A stretch of 64,000 nt of DNA from Promethearchaeota archaeon (GCA_019058245.1 JAHPZJ010000008.1:32001-96000), one strand, 5' to 3'. Shown: positions 50,005-61,106, counted from the first letter of the stretch. Notes: generated from the sequence alone by a model not told the origin. Numbers and translations: made by a program.

Positions 50005-50369
50005 ACTTTACGATCATAATTATAAATCTAATATAGTGAAAGGTTAATTACACATAAATCTTTAAAGATTATATTAATTATTTTGTTTTTTTTATAGGAA
50101 AATTAAATATTGAATTGATAAATAAGTACAAACACAAAAATGAAATGCTTTTTTATTTTCTGAATTATTTCAATTTATATCATCCTAATTTATCGAAAAA
50201 ATCTTTTATGGATCCAGAGAGATTTAATAAATAATATCGATAAGGTTCAAAAGCATTTTTTTAAATGAACTTTGAGAGATGAAGACATAAAAAATGGAGT
50301 TTATATCAATAAAATGATTCATATAGATATAGATACTAATTATTATAAATCTTTAATTCAAAGTTATAA

Positions 50370-51287
50370 GTGATTATAAACATGGAAAGTAGTTATATCC
50401 ACAGAACGATTAGGAAAAAAGAAGATGTAGGGAGACAAGGAGAAATAAATTCATTAAAATTTACGCCTGATGGGAAATATATTGTTTGTGCTTCAAAAAA
50501 TTATATTGAAATATGGGATTATGAATCTGGAAATCAAATTAGAAAAATTAAAGCAACTACAGGTACTTTTAGTTGGGTAAATGATGTTGCCGTTTCGCCT
50601 GATGGAAAATATATAATTTCTGGAATTGAGAATATTAGGACACAAGTATGGGAGTTTTTATCGGGAAATTTGGTATGGAAAGCTAAAACCGGTGGAGCCA
50701 CTTTAAAGGTTGATGTTTCTACTGACGGGAAATTTGTTGTAGGTGTGAATGGGAATGCGATACGTTTATGGGAACTGGAGACAGGAGAGCTTATTGATAA
50801 ATTTAAAACCCATGGTTCAAGTAGGACATTTGCACTCTCTTCAGATAATAAGTATATAGGTTATCAGAGAGGGAAAAAAGCTATTTATATATGGGATATA
50901 TCAAGCAGAATTATCATAAGGGAACTTAAAACTAAAAAAATTGGGTGGGTATGGGACCTTGTTATAACTCCGGATATGAAATATGTTATTAGTGGTTCAT
51001 GGAATAAACTTATACACGTTTGGGAATTTTCAACTGGTGATAAGATTACTACTCTTGAGGGTCATAAGAGTTCAGTATATTCTCTTGCGGTAACTCCCGA
51101 TGGAAAATATTTAGTCAGTGGCTCAGGGGATAAAACAGTAAAGATATGGGAAGTATCTTCGCTTCAATTAATACGTACTTTAACCGAGCATAAGGGAGGA
51201 GTTTTTGCTGTTGCAAGTTCCCCTGATGGGAAATTTATTGCCAGTGGATCTACAGATCAAACTATAAAAATATGGGATCTTCCTTGA
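50370..51287 (+). CDS. WD40 repeat protein (about 7 blades)
   Basis: Repeats such as GHKSSVYSLAVTPDGKYLVSGSGDKTVKIWE. Confidence 0.93.
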   Translation: MIINMESSYIHRTIRKKEDVGRQGEINSLKFTPDGKYIVCASKNYIEIWDYESGNQIRKIKATTGTFSWVNDVAVSPDGKYIISGIENIRTQVWEFLSGNLVWKAKTGGATLKVDVSTDGKFVVGVNGNAIRLWELETGELIDKFKTHGSSRTFALSSDNKYIGYQRGKKAIYIWDISSRIIIRELKTKKIGWVWDLVITPDMKYVISGSWNKLIHVWEFSTGDKITTLEGHKSSVYSLAVTPDGKYLVSGSGDKTVKIWEVSSLQLIRTLTEHKGGVFAVASSPDGKFIASGSTDQTIKIWDLP

Positions 51288-51341
51288 TACTAAGATATTT
51301 TTTGAATTAGGAATAGATAATATGAAATCTACGATTAGAAT

Positions 51342-51932
51342 CTAAATTTTTCTACAAACTAATTCTCCTTTCCCAATAGGAACAACTAAAGCATCTACAC
51401 GTTTATCAGTCAAAGCTTTATCTAACATCGGTTTTAACGTTTCATAGTGATTAATTGCATTATCCGCAATGAGAATGCCTCCTTTAACCATATTTGGTAT
51501 CAACAGATCATAACAATCTCCATATACTTCTTTTTCAGCATCTAAAAAACAAAAAGATATGTTAATATAATTTGGAATGTATTCTCGAGCATCTCCTTCT
51601 ATTAATTCGATAAAATCTTCTAAATTAGTTAATTTAAAAGTTTCTCGAGCCATTTTAACTTTTTCTTCTAAAATTTCAAATGTAATTATTTTATTTCCAA
51701 TAAGTTTGCATGCAATAGCTATCCACATAGTAGAATATCCTGCACTAGTCCCTATTTCTAGAAACTCTCCTTTTGGAGCACTAGCAGCCAGAAGTGATAG
51801 AAATTGCCCAGTTTCGGGTGGAATTTGACGGAGTCTTTCCATTCTAGGCGTTCCATCGATTCTATCCTTTGTATCTAATTCTTCTAAATATTCCATTCGT
51901 TTTTTTATAGATTCTGGTATATTATGGAACAT
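51342..51932 (-). CDS. SAM-dependent O-methyltransferase
   Basis: [24 protein letters not shown]. Confidence 0.9.
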   Translation of the reverse strand: MFHNIPESIKKRMEYLEELDTKDRIDGTPRMERLRQIPPETGQFLSLLAASAPKGEFLEIGTSAGYSTMWIAIACKLIGNKIITFEILEEKVKMARETFKLTNLEDFIELIEGDAREYIPNYINISFCFLDAEKEVYGDCYDLLIPNMVKGGILIADNAINHYETLKPMLDKALTDKRVDALVVPIGKGELVCRKI

Positions 51933-52072
51933 TTTGGATCAAAAATTTTATGTTTTTAATATATTTAATATCCAAGTTAAATTAATATAATGAAATTAAT
52001 ACTTGTTTAATACTTAAACTAAAACAATAATTATATTAATAAAATGGATTAGAAATGAACTTAAAAAAGATT

Positions 52073-53197
52073 TTAGTTTAAATTTTTATTTATTGATAAA
52101 GAGCTTTTTAAACCTTCTGCTAAGCTCCCTAATTTTTGAGCTGTTGCAGATATTTCTTCCATTGACGCAGATTGTTGTTCTGCAGATGCACTAATACCTT
52201 CCATATTACTATATGTCTCATTAATTTTACTTATTACGAGAGTAATTTTTTCATTCGTATTTTTTACAGCATTTCTTGATTCTTCTGCTAACTTTCTTAC
52301 CTCATCAGCGACTACAGCAAATCCACGTCCATGTTCCCCTGCTCTTCCCGCCTCTATACTAGCATTTAGTGCTAATAAATTTGTTTGATCAGAAATATTT
52401 GTAATGATATTAAGTACAGCAGAAATTTGGTCGGTTGAAACCATGATTTCTTGAGAACTGCTTGTCAATTCTTGAGTAGATGTTGCAATTTCTTCTGATG
52501 CCGCATTCACTTCACTTGCACTTGCTGCTAATTCAGTAGCCATATTTGCTGTATTTAGACTAGCAGATGAAGCAGAGTCTAGAATATTTGTAAGAATTTT
52601 GTTTGTATCTATAATTCTTTTTTCTACAATAGCCACTATACCCATTACAAGAAACGTCGTGACCATGACAACATTAATGAAATCAACAATTTGCTGACTA
52701 GTATCAGAAGGTGAGATTTCTATAATCACTGAAATAATTACATTAAATAATGCATTTGTTAAAACTAATAAAAAAAAAGCATGTAATATTGATTTTTTCC
52801 GAAGAAAGAGTCTTAATAACATACCTATACAAACAGTCAATATAATAATAAACATAAGATAAAAAGAAAGGGTCATAGGGACTATAGCAGCAGAAGCACT
52901 ATACTTTATAACCATTTTTTTAGATTTCTCTTTAATAAAAGTTTGATAATACTCTTTAACGACTGCATATATTAATATAACACTCCCAAACATAAAAAAT
53001 GTCATTGCTAAAGGGGATAGTGCTTCAGATCCACTAGCATCAATTTCTAGAGCAATAAAAATGTATCCTATCGCATTAATAATTATTGCTAGATACCAAG
53101 GAAGAAGTTCTCGTCTTTTTCTATAAGCTTGAGTGAATACAATAGATGCTAGGGACATTACAACAGCACAACCAACATTAGATACATTCATATTCAA
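52073..53197 (-). CDS. Six-TM protein with methyl-accepting chemotaxis signalling domain
   Basis: [37 protein letters not shown]. Confidence 0.9.
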   Translation of the reverse strand: MNMNVSNVGCAVVMSLASIVFTQAYRKRRELLPWYLAIIINAIGYIFIALEIDASGSEALSPLAMTFFMFGSVILIYAVVKEYYQTFIKEKSKKMVIKYSASAAIVPMTLSFYLMFIIILTVCIGMLLRLFLRKKSILHAFFLLVLTNALFNVIISVIIEISPSDTSQQIVDFINVVMVTTFLVMGIVAIVEKRIIDTNKILTNILDSASSASLNTANMATELAASASEVNAASEEIATSTQELTSSSQEIMVSTDQISAVLNIITNISDQTNLLALNASIEAGRAGEHGRGFAVVADEVRKLAEESRNAVKNTNEKITLVISKINETYSNMEGISASAEQQSASMEEISATAQKLGSLAEGLKSSLSINKNLN

Positions 53198-53341
53198 TAT
53201 CGATTATTCATTTGTAATAGATTTGTGTAAATTAATAAAATTTGACAAACTTTATTCAATTATGATAAAATTTCTATTTAAAGTTTTATTTTTACATACT
53301 ATTAGTATGTTTCCTCACAAAATAATTTATATAAAAAGTTT

Positions 53342-54178
53342 TTAGATCTTTAATCTTGTCATCTTTTCAGCAACTTGCCATAATTTTTTAGCATAATCTT
53401 TATTATAAGATTCTTCAGAAGATTCTTTAGGTTGTTTGTTAGCAAAGTAATTTCCAGTAATACCTTCTACTTCAGGTGAAGAAGCTAAATATATTGAAGT
53501 CTGAGCTCCTTCTTCTGGACTTTTGAAAAACTTTCTTGCAAACCATTGGCTAAACTTTGATTGATCTCGACCAAGATTAGTGTTCACTATTCCGGGATGA
53601 ACAGCATTCACAGTTACTCCTGTTCCTTCAATGTTCCTACTTAATTCATAAGTAAATAACATTTCCCCTAATTTTGAAGTGCCATATACTGTGAATAAAC
53701 GATATTTCTTGTTTTCACTCTGAAGATCGTCAAAATCCATTTTTGCTCTTTTATGTGCTGCTGAAGTAACATTAATAATGCGACTTGGAGCACTCTTTTT
53801 TAAAACATCAAGTAATAGATTTGTTAATAAAAATGGGGCAAGAACATGTACAGCAAAATTCATTTCAAATCCATCAACAGATATAGTTCGCTTTTTAAGC
53901 ATAACTCCTGCATTATTTATTAACACATGTAAGTTCTGATATTTATTTGTAAATTCTGAAACCATTTTCCGAATTTCTTCTTGAGATGACAAGTCGTATA
54001 AAAGCAAGTCTATATTATTATTTCCAGTTTCTTCAATAATTTCTTTTTGAGCTAATTCTCCTCGTTCTTTATTACGACATATCATCACTATTTTAGCATT
54101 CATTTTTGCTAAACCTTTAGCTGTAGCTTTACCAATACCAGAATTGGCTCCCGTAATCATACAAATTTTTCCTTTCAT
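53342..54178 (-). CDS. SDR oxidoreductase (retinol dehydrogenase-like)
   Basis: TGANSGIG, NNAG, YGTSK, HPG. Confidence 0.93.
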   Translation of the reverse strand: MKGKICMITGANSGIGKATAKGLAKMNAKIVMICRNKERGELAQKEIIEETGNNNIDLLLYDLSSQEEIRKMVSEFTNKYQNLHVLINNAGVMLKKRTISVDGFEMNFAVHVLAPFLLTNLLLDVLKKSAPSRIINVTSAAHKRAKMDFDDLQSENKKYRLFTVYGTSKLGEMLFTYELSRNIEGTGVTVNAVHPGIVNTNLGRDQSKFSQWFARKFFKSPEEGAQTSIYLASSPEVEGITGNYFANKQPKESSEESYNKDYAKKLWQVAEKMTRLKI

Positions 54179-54445
54179 TCCATCACTTCATTAATATTTT
54201 ATTCAATGTTCTTACTATTTTTAGGAATTATTAAACCATTTGGTTATTTTTTAAAATCATAAGAACTTAAGTTACTAATTAAGATTCTTGTAAGATTCTT
54301 CTTAGTGTGGTAAGTTCTCTCATGTTTATTTAGTTTGGGAGATCTTGGAATAATACTTTAATAATTGTAAAATTCTAAAGGGATAGGATTTACTTTAAAT
54401 CTTTTTCTTTTTTAATTATCTATAAGAAAATTACCATTTTAAAAA

Positions 54446-56500
54446 GTGAGAAAGTGGATGCACGAAATTAAAAAAGGAATGACAAAAGAAGAAATTGAAA
54501 GCTATGTTAATTTTATTTTGGAAAATATGAATTTAGAAGAAAAGACTGCACAGATGAGTGGTTATGGATTTTTTAAGAATATAATAATGGATAGAGGAGT
54601 TGGAAAACGGGTTTACGAAGCTGCAGGTTCAGAAAAGTATAAGATTCCGCCACTTAAATTTATAGACGGTCCTCGTGGAGTTGTTATTCCTGGTTCTACA
54701 TGTTTTCCTGTATCTATGGCTCGTGCTGCATCATGGGATATCAAATTAGAACATAAGATTGGTGATGTCATAGGAAAAGAAGTACGAGCTCATGGAGGTA
54801 ATCTTTTTGCAGCTCCTTGTATTAACTTATTGCGACATCCTGCGTGGGGTAGAGCTCAAGAAACTTATGGGGAAGATCCGTTCTTACTTGGTGAATTTGG
54901 CATGGCCTTAATTCGTGGAGTCCAAAAACATAATGTTATGGCAACCGCTAAACATTTTGCAGCAAATAGCATTGAAAAGACTCGTTATAAAATAAATGTG
55001 AAAATGGATGAGAGAACTTTTCGTGAGATTTATCTTCCTCATTTCAAACATTGTGTTGAGGAGGGATGCGCTACAATAATGAGCGCGTATAATAAAATTC
55101 GTGGTAAATATTGTGGACAAAATGATTATTTATTACGTGAAATTTTGAAAAAAGATTGGAATTTTCGGGGATTTGTTCATTCTGATTGGATGTTTGGAGT
55201 AAAAGATACTGTCGGTGGAATAACTGGTGGATTAGATGTTGAGATGCCTAGAGCGAAATATTTTAAATATAAAAAAATCCAAAAAGCCCTTCAAGAAGGT
55301 AAAATTTCTGAAGTTATGATTGATGAGGCTGCTGGACGAGTTATGCGAACTATTCTCCAGTACGTCACTAGAGAAGATCCACAAGAATACGATAAGAGTT
55401 TAATAGGTTGTTTAGAACATCATAACGTAGCATTAGAGGCTGCTGAAAAGAGTATGGTACTTCTAAAAAATGAAAGAAATATCTTACCCTTGAACGTGGG
55501 CAAAATTAGTACTGTACTAATATTAGGAAAATATGCGAATGTGAAAAATACAGGAGATCATGGAAGTAGTAATGTAGCAGTTAAAAAAGTCGTTACTCCT
55601 TTGAAAGGTATTCACGACTATGTAGGAAATGATATTAAGATAGTATATGATAAGACAAAAGACCCTAAGAGAGCTAAAAATAAAGCTAAAGAAGTGGATG
55701 CGGTAATAATAATTATTGGGTTAAATCATAAGGATGAAGGAGAAATGATTAAAGTATTTGGAACTGGTGGTGATCGAGATAAATTGTCCTTACATGATGA
55801 GGATATTGTACTTATTAAAGAAGTTGTTAAGGAAAACAATAATTGCGTTGTGGTTCTGATTGGAGGAAGCGCTATCACTATGGAAGAATGGAAAGAGGAT
55901 GTACCTTCCATATTAATGGCCTGGTATTCAGGTGTAGAAGGAGGAAATGCTCTCGCAAAAATATTATTCGGTGATATTAATCCAAGTGGAAAATTACCTT
56001 TTACCATTCCTAAAGATCCGAAACATCTACCTTTTTTCGATAAAAATACTGATGAAATTGAATATGGATATTATCATGGTTATACGCTTTTTGATAAGAG
56101 GGGATATGAACCAGCATTTCCTTTTGGATATGGGTTAAGTTATACAACATATCATTATAGTAATTTGAATGTTGAGGTTAAGGAAGATAAATTAATAGCC
56201 AGTGTTGATGTAAAAAATACTGGAAAAGTTACAGGTACTGAGGTTGTTCAATTATATATAGGACTCGAAAATTCTAATATCGATCGCCCTATAAAGCTTT
56301 TAAAAGGATTCAAACGTATACAACTACAGCCAAATGAATTGAAAAATGTAACACTTGAAATTCTAATAAAAAATCTAGCTTGGTATAACCCAGAATCAAA
56401 ATCTTGGGAGATTGAAAAAATTGATTATTATCTTTTTATCGGTCCATCATCAAAAAAAGAAGATCTTTTATCTATTCAATTCAATTTAAATATAAAATAA
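54446..56500 (+). CDS. Glycoside hydrolase family 3 (beta-glucosidase-like)
   Basis: DGPRG, GRAQETYGEDP, KHF, MSAYN, SDW nucleophile, FPFGYGLSYT. Confidence 0.95.
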   Translation: MRKWMHEIKKGMTKEEIESYVNFILENMNLEEKTAQMSGYGFFKNIIMDRGVGKRVYEAAGSEKYKIPPLKFIDGPRGVVIPGSTCFPVSMARAASWDIKLEHKIGDVIGKEVRAHGGNLFAAPCINLLRHPAWGRAQETYGEDPFLLGEFGMALIRGVQKHNVMATAKHFAANSIEKTRYKINVKMDERTFREIYLPHFKHCVEEGCATIMSAYNKIRGKYCGQNDYLLREILKKDWNFRGFVHSDWMFGVKDTVGGITGGLDVEMPRAKYFKYKKIQKALQEGKISEVMIDEAAGRVMRTILQYVTREDPQEYDKSLIGCLEHHNVALEAAEKSMVLLKNERNILPLNVGKISTVLILGKYANVKNTGDHGSSNVAVKKVVTPLKGIHDYVGNDIKIVYDKTKDPKRAKNKAKEVDAVIIIIGLNHKDEGEMIKVFGTGGDRDKLSLHDEDIVLIKEVVKENNNCVVVLIGGSAITMEEWKEDVPSILMAWYSGVEGGNALAKILFGDINPSGKLPFTIPKDPKHLPFFDKNTDEIEYGYYHGYTLFDKRGYEPAFPFGYGLSYTTYHYSNLNVEVKEDKLIASVDVKNTGKVTGTEVVQLYIGLENSNIDRPIKLLKGFKRIQLQPNELKNVTLEILIKNLAWYNPESKSWEIEKIDYYLFIGPSSKKEDLLSIQFNLNIK

Positions 56501-56835
56501 TATATTTTACCAATTATATTTTTAAAATACTTTATCTTTTTCCAAATTCTAAAGGTTTATATAATGTTGATATAAAAATTAAAGCCTTAAAACTTTATTC
56601 GATTGTAGTGAAGTATAATACATCAATCAGGATGAGACTAAGGAAAAACATGGGATCTACTACTAGAGACGCCAGATATTTAATTCAAGAGATTTAATTA
56701 GTTAATTTGCTGTTTTTTTATAAAATTTCCAAAGATTGAGAAAAATAAAGCTTTTTCAAAACTAAAATTTTAAATTTAAGAAGTTTATCATGCATTCAAT
56801 AAATGTAACCATTTTAATTTTACCTTGGAATTTTT

Positions 56836-57390
56836 ATGAGAACCTCTCACGATTTTTTATTTAAGGTTTCTGTTATAGGAGATGGGAGAGTAGGAAAGAC
56901 TTCTTTAATAAAAAGATTTACGAAAGGCAATTTTGATACGAATTATGCAATTACAATCGGTGCTCAATTTTCTGAATATAAACAGGTGATTGAGGGAGAT
57001 AAAATTACTCTATTTTTTTGGGATATCGCTGGACAAGACTGTTTTCATTTTGTACGTCCTTCATTTTATGTCAAAAGTCATGCTGCTATAATCGTTTATA
57101 GTTTAGAAACAAATAAATTTGGAAAACAAAGTTATAGAAATATTTTAAATTGGTATAGAGAAATAAAACAATTTTGTGGAGATATTCCTATAGTTCTATT
57201 TGCAAATAAAGCAGATTTAATTAAAGAGAAGAACTTGAATAAAGCAAAAATTCAAAGTTTAATTGATAATTTGGATTTATGGAACTATTATATTACATCA
57301 GCTAAATCAGGCAAAGGAGTTCCTCATGCATTTAATAGTCTAATAGAGAATTTATACCATCAATATATCTCAATAACTACAAATCATTAG
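56836..57390 (+). CDS. Rab-like small GTPase
   Basis: GDGRVGKTS, TIG, WDIAGQ, NKAD, TSAK; no C-terminal Cys motif. Confidence 0.92.
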   Translation: MRTSHDFLFKVSVIGDGRVGKTSLIKRFTKGNFDTNYAITIGAQFSEYKQVIEGDKITLFFWDIAGQDCFHFVRPSFYVKSHAAIIVYSLETNKFGKQSYRNILNWYREIKQFCGDIPIVLFANKADLIKEKNLNKAKIQSLIDNLDLWNYYITSAKSGKGVPHAFNSLIENLYHQYISITTNH

Positions 57391-57490
57391 ATTAATGACC
57401 AAGAAAAAATAATCCTTTTGAAAAATAAATAATATCTTTTATATAATAAACATAATTTTAGACTTAATTTAAAAAAAGGTAGAGTTTTGA

Positions 57491-58387
57491 ATGAAACTAT
57501 TACGTACACCTGAAGAAAGATTTAAAAATCTCCCTGATTTTCTATTCAAACCTAATTATAGAGAAATTGATGGAATTCGAATTCATTTTGTAGATGAAGG
57601 TCCTAAAGATACTGAAGTAATTCTATTAATGCATGGTGAGCCATCATGGTCATTCCTATATCGACATATGATTCCAATATTACTTAAAGCAGGTTATAGA
57701 ACAATAGCACCAGATTTAGTTGGGTTTGGGCGATCCGATAAACCAGCTGAACAAAGTGCCCATACTTATCATAAACATGTAGAATGGATCACAAAATTAG
57801 TGAAAGGACTTGATCTTAATAATATTACTTTATTCTGCCAAGATTGGGGATCGTTAATTGGGTTAAGAGTCGCTATTGAAAATCAAGAACGTTTTAATAG
57901 GATATTACTATCAAATGGAGGATTACCTACTGGAGAACAGAAAATGAGTGAAGCATTCTTCGCATGGCAAGAATCCTCTAAAACGAGACCATTATTTTCT
58001 TGTGGGGAGATAGTACAACAAGCAACTGTAACAAAACTAACTGAAAACGAGATAAGTGCATATGATGCGCCATTTCCAGATGCAACCTTCCAAGCGGGTC
58101 CTAGAATTATGCCCTCATTGGTTCCAACCACTAAGAATGATCCAGAACATGAGGCTAATAAAAAAGCATGGGAAGGGTTCTTTCAATGGAAGAAACCATT
58201 TTTGACAGCTTTCGCTGACAATGATCCAATAACAAGAGGAGGAGACAGATATTGGCAAGAGAAAGTTCCAGGTGCTCAGGGACAAAATCATACTATAATT
58301 AAAAATGCTGGACATTTTGTTCAAGAAGATAAAGGCCCTGAATTGGCAAATCTTATTGTAGAATTCATAAGCAAAAATCCGCTCTAG
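57491..58387 (+). CDS. Haloalkane dehalogenase
   Basis: LRTPEERF, HGEPSWS, QDWG, GHFVQED. Confidence 0.92.
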   Translation: MKLLRTPEERFKNLPDFLFKPNYREIDGIRIHFVDEGPKDTEVILLMHGEPSWSFLYRHMIPILLKAGYRTIAPDLVGFGRSDKPAEQSAHTYHKHVEWITKLVKGLDLNNITLFCQDWGSLIGLRVAIENQERFNRILLSNGGLPTGEQKMSEAFFAWQESSKTRPLFSCGEIVQQATVTKLTENEISAYDAPFPDATFQAGPRIMPSLVPTTKNDPEHEANKKAWEGFFQWKKPFLTAFADNDPITRGGDRYWQEKVPGAQGQNHTIIKNAGHFVQEDKGPELANLIVEFISKNPL

Positions 58388-58452
58388 AATTTTAGTTATT
58401 TTTGACTATATCCTCTCTGTTATTGTAAGGTTACGTTTTATTCTTTTTTTTT

Positions 58453-58671
58453 TCAAAGCTTCTCTTTTCTTCCGTAATTTTTATAATAAGAGTGTTTTGG
58501 ATGAAATCTAATGTTTAGGTATCCCACAATAAATAAAATAATAGCTAATAGCAAAATTGTACTCCCGATCAAAAAATGAGCATTCAAAAAGATATTTCAT
58601 ATTGTTAAGCCACCTATAACCCGAAAACTAGTGGAAATTAATGGGGTAATAATTTGTGAAACTGATTGAAA
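58453..58671 (-). pseudogene. C-terminal remnant of a membrane transporter (MFS-like)
   Basis: Manual translation FQSVSQIITPLISTSFRVIGGLTI*NIFLNAHFLIGSTILLLAIILFIVGYLNIRFHP...; internal TGA and no start. Confidence 0.45.
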
Positions 58672-58783
58672 ATAAAATAAGTATGAAATAACTATAAAAT
58701 AATATGAAAAATTGGTCTATATAAACAATAAATAACAACAAAAAAACTATTTTTCATAAGTATTATGAAAATTGTTGATTTAA

Positions 58784-59278
58784 ATGAGTGTAAAAAGACA
58801 TAAAGGTCATGAAAGGGAAGTTCCAAATGCCCATATTTACCATGCTTTGCTGCCAGTGGTTTTTTTTTTGATTTGGTTTTTGGATTCAAGTATTTTTGGT
58901 TTTTCAACCTTTTTAAATAAGTATATCCCTTTTATAATTCGCCTAATCCTTTTTATCATTATTCTATCTTTATCGTTCACTTTTATTTTCCTTTCTCATC
59001 AAACATTATTTAAATCACACCAGCCACCTAATTCTTTAGTTATTACCGGAGTTCTCAAATATACAAGAAATCCAATGTATTTTGGTATTCTTTTAATTTA
59101 TGTGGCATTTATTTTTCTTTCAATCTCCTTAATTAGCATTTGTCTATTCATCATCGTGTTCTTCGTTTACAATTGGATGGTAAATTTTGAACAAAATATT
59201 CTTGAAAATATGTTTGGTAATGAATTTTTAGAATACAAAAAAAGAGTACCAAAATGGTTTCCAAATCCATTTAAATAA
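58784..59278 (+). CDS. Isoprenylcysteine carboxylmethyltransferase/PEMT family membrane protein
   Basis: LVITG..KYTRNPMY.G, FE...L...FG.EF.EYKKRVP. Confidence 0.85.
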   Translation: MSVKRHKGHEREVPNAHIYHALLPVVFFLIWFLDSSIFGFSTFLNKYIPFIIRLILFIIILSLSFTFIFLSHQTLFKSHQPPNSLVITGVLKYTRNPMYFGILLIYVAFIFLSISLISICLFIIVFFVYNWMVNFEQNILENMFGNEFLEYKKRVPKWFPNPFK

Positions 59279-59435
59279 TGGTTAATATAAAGCATCTACC
59301 AATATGTAATCTTAACACTAACTATTTTATTCATATTAAGGAGTAATATATTATCTTTATTAATTTAAAAAGTAAATCCTCCTATATAGCTCCAATTGTA
59401 TCTTTAAAAACGCCCTAAAACTAAATAAAAAAGCT

Positions 59436-60083
59436 TTAATGACTAATCTCTAATTTATTAAGTGCTTTCTTTAGTAATTTTCTATTAGTTTCAGGATAGT
59501 ATTTGGAATAATTTAATATTTTTTCTTCGGAAATTCCTTTTATCAATTTAGAAATCTCAATTAATATTCTACTGTCATTCATATGGTTGTAATGCCATAA
59601 ATAAATTAAATCTAAAAGCGTTTTTTCATGATCTGAATATTTAATCTTATTATTTATTATTCCAAAATTGAATAATGCATTTTTAAAGGTTAAAAATCGA
59701 AAGTCTTTTCCTAAAATATTTATAGGTTTACTTTTTAATATTTGATCATTAATTAGGTAAAGTAATTCATTTTCATGTTCATAATTAATACGATTTATTT
59801 TTAGTGCGGTATACAATCCAAAATACCAATTTTTAACATTCTTTATATTCAATCCTTTTGCTACGAGTTCTAAAATGGAATATTTACATTTCTTTTTGAG
59901 GATTTCTTCATCAGTCTTTACATAATAAATATCGTCTAATATATTTAATAAATAACCACGCGTTATTAAGTAATCACTAATCGTTCTATAATCATGATAG
60001 AGATCTTTACTATAATCCTGTAATTCCTCAGATGAGACAAATTCTTTATTATCTTGTCTTATTTTTTTCAGAACTCGATACAT
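59436..60083 (-). CDS. AbiEi-like (type IV TA antitoxin-like) winged-helix protein
   Basis: WYFGLYTAL and KYSDHEKTLLDLIY motifs; N-terminal wHTH-like segment. Confidence 0.65.
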   Translation of the reverse strand: MYRVLKKIRQDNKEFVSSEELQDYSKDLYHDYRTISDYLITRGYLLNILDDIYYVKTDEEILKKKCKYSILELVAKGLNIKNVKNWYFGLYTALKINRINYEHENELLYLINDQILKSKPINILGKDFRFLTFKNALFNFGIINNKIKYSDHEKTLLDLIYLWHYNHMNDSRILIEISKLIKGISEEKILNYSKYYPETNRKLLKKALNKLEISH

Positions 60084-60473
60084 AAATTTTATCTAAAAAT
60101 ATAGTTAAATTTGAAAAAATAACGAATAATAATCAGGCTACATTATATATAATGTACCTTAGTTTATATTTCTTTCAAATTTCTTAAAAAAAATTATAAA
60201 TCTTTTAAAATTTGTTAGAAAGAATAGTCATTCATGATTTAAATTGTTAGAATTGAAAATCCAATAAAAAAAATTAACTTTTTATTTCCAATGAATTATC
60301 TATTAATTTTCAAATTCAATTTTTTAAGAATCCTTGAAAGTTTGTGATATTTTTTCAAAAAAGAATATATAAAGCTTTTCCAAATTGCAGTATTTCAAAG
60401 AGTAAGAATTATATTCTAATTTGAACTAAATATTATAGCAAAAAGATTCACAATTGCTAGATTAGAGGAGCTA

Positions 60474-60962
60474 TTGAATAAAATGTATAATGAGACAGAA
60501 AGTTCTAATTCTGAATATGAAACTACTCTTAATAGGCTTTCAGGACAAATTGAAGACCTTTTTAATAAAATTCATTATTATCAAGCGCTAGTTGCTGAAA
60601 AGGATATTCAAATAAAGAAATTAATCAGAGAGAATCAAAACCTTATGGCGAAGGTCCAAAAATTAACATTTCATTCAAATCCCTCAGGTGAACCGGGTCA
60701 AAAATCTTATAACCCTTCACTCCCTCCGTCAAGTGAACAATTTTCTACTCCTCCAATACCTCCACCAAATTATAAAGAAAAGTCGGAGTCTTCGTTCTCG
60801 ATAAGTGAAGATCCGAGAGTTAATAAGAGAGTATGTCCTAACTGTGGTGCGATGGGTTTTGCTATAAGAGAAGTAGAAGATAAAAGCAAAATACTTAGCT
60901 ATACCCCGAGAAGAATTTACGCAAAGAAGAAAGTTTGTACTAAATGCAGATACGAATGGTAA
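60474..60962 (+). CDS. Coiled-coil + Pro-rich linker + C-terminal zinc ribbon protein
   Basis: Heptad N-terminus; PSLPP..PPIPPPNY; CPNC...CTKC; GAGGAG SD. Confidence 0.7.
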   Translation: MNKMYNETESSNSEYETTLNRLSGQIEDLFNKIHYYQALVAEKDIQIKKLIRENQNLMAKVQKLTFHSNPSGEPGQKSYNPSLPPSSEQFSTPPIPPPNYKEKSESSFSISEDPRVNKRVCPNCGAMGFAIREVEDKSKILSYTPRRIYAKKKVCTKCRYEW

Positions 60963-61106
60963 AGCACATCTAATTCTCCCCTTATATAAAAAAGGACTTA
61001 AATTTCGTGGAAGTAATTCATAATAATTAGATAAATCATACTATAAAATATATCCAAAAATAAATTATAAAAAAAAAATTTGAAATTTTAATTTAGTTTT
61101 AGTTTT

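Noticed and set aside
54280-54320. TAAGATTCTT short repeats as a CRISPR array
   Set aside because: Only two to three 10-bp units, no spacers and no cas genes
56635-56700. Short ORF (about 21 codons) or sRNA upstream of the Rab gene
   Set aside because: No motif, structure or repeat support
58597-58599. In-frame TGA as selenocysteine
   Set aside because: Lies in a start-less membrane-protein fragment with no redox motif; decay is the simpler explanation
56836-59278. Rab plus ICMT-like gene as a prenylation pathway
   Set aside because: The GTPase has no C-terminal Cys motif, the genes are not adjacent, and this methyltransferase family is widespread in prokaryotes
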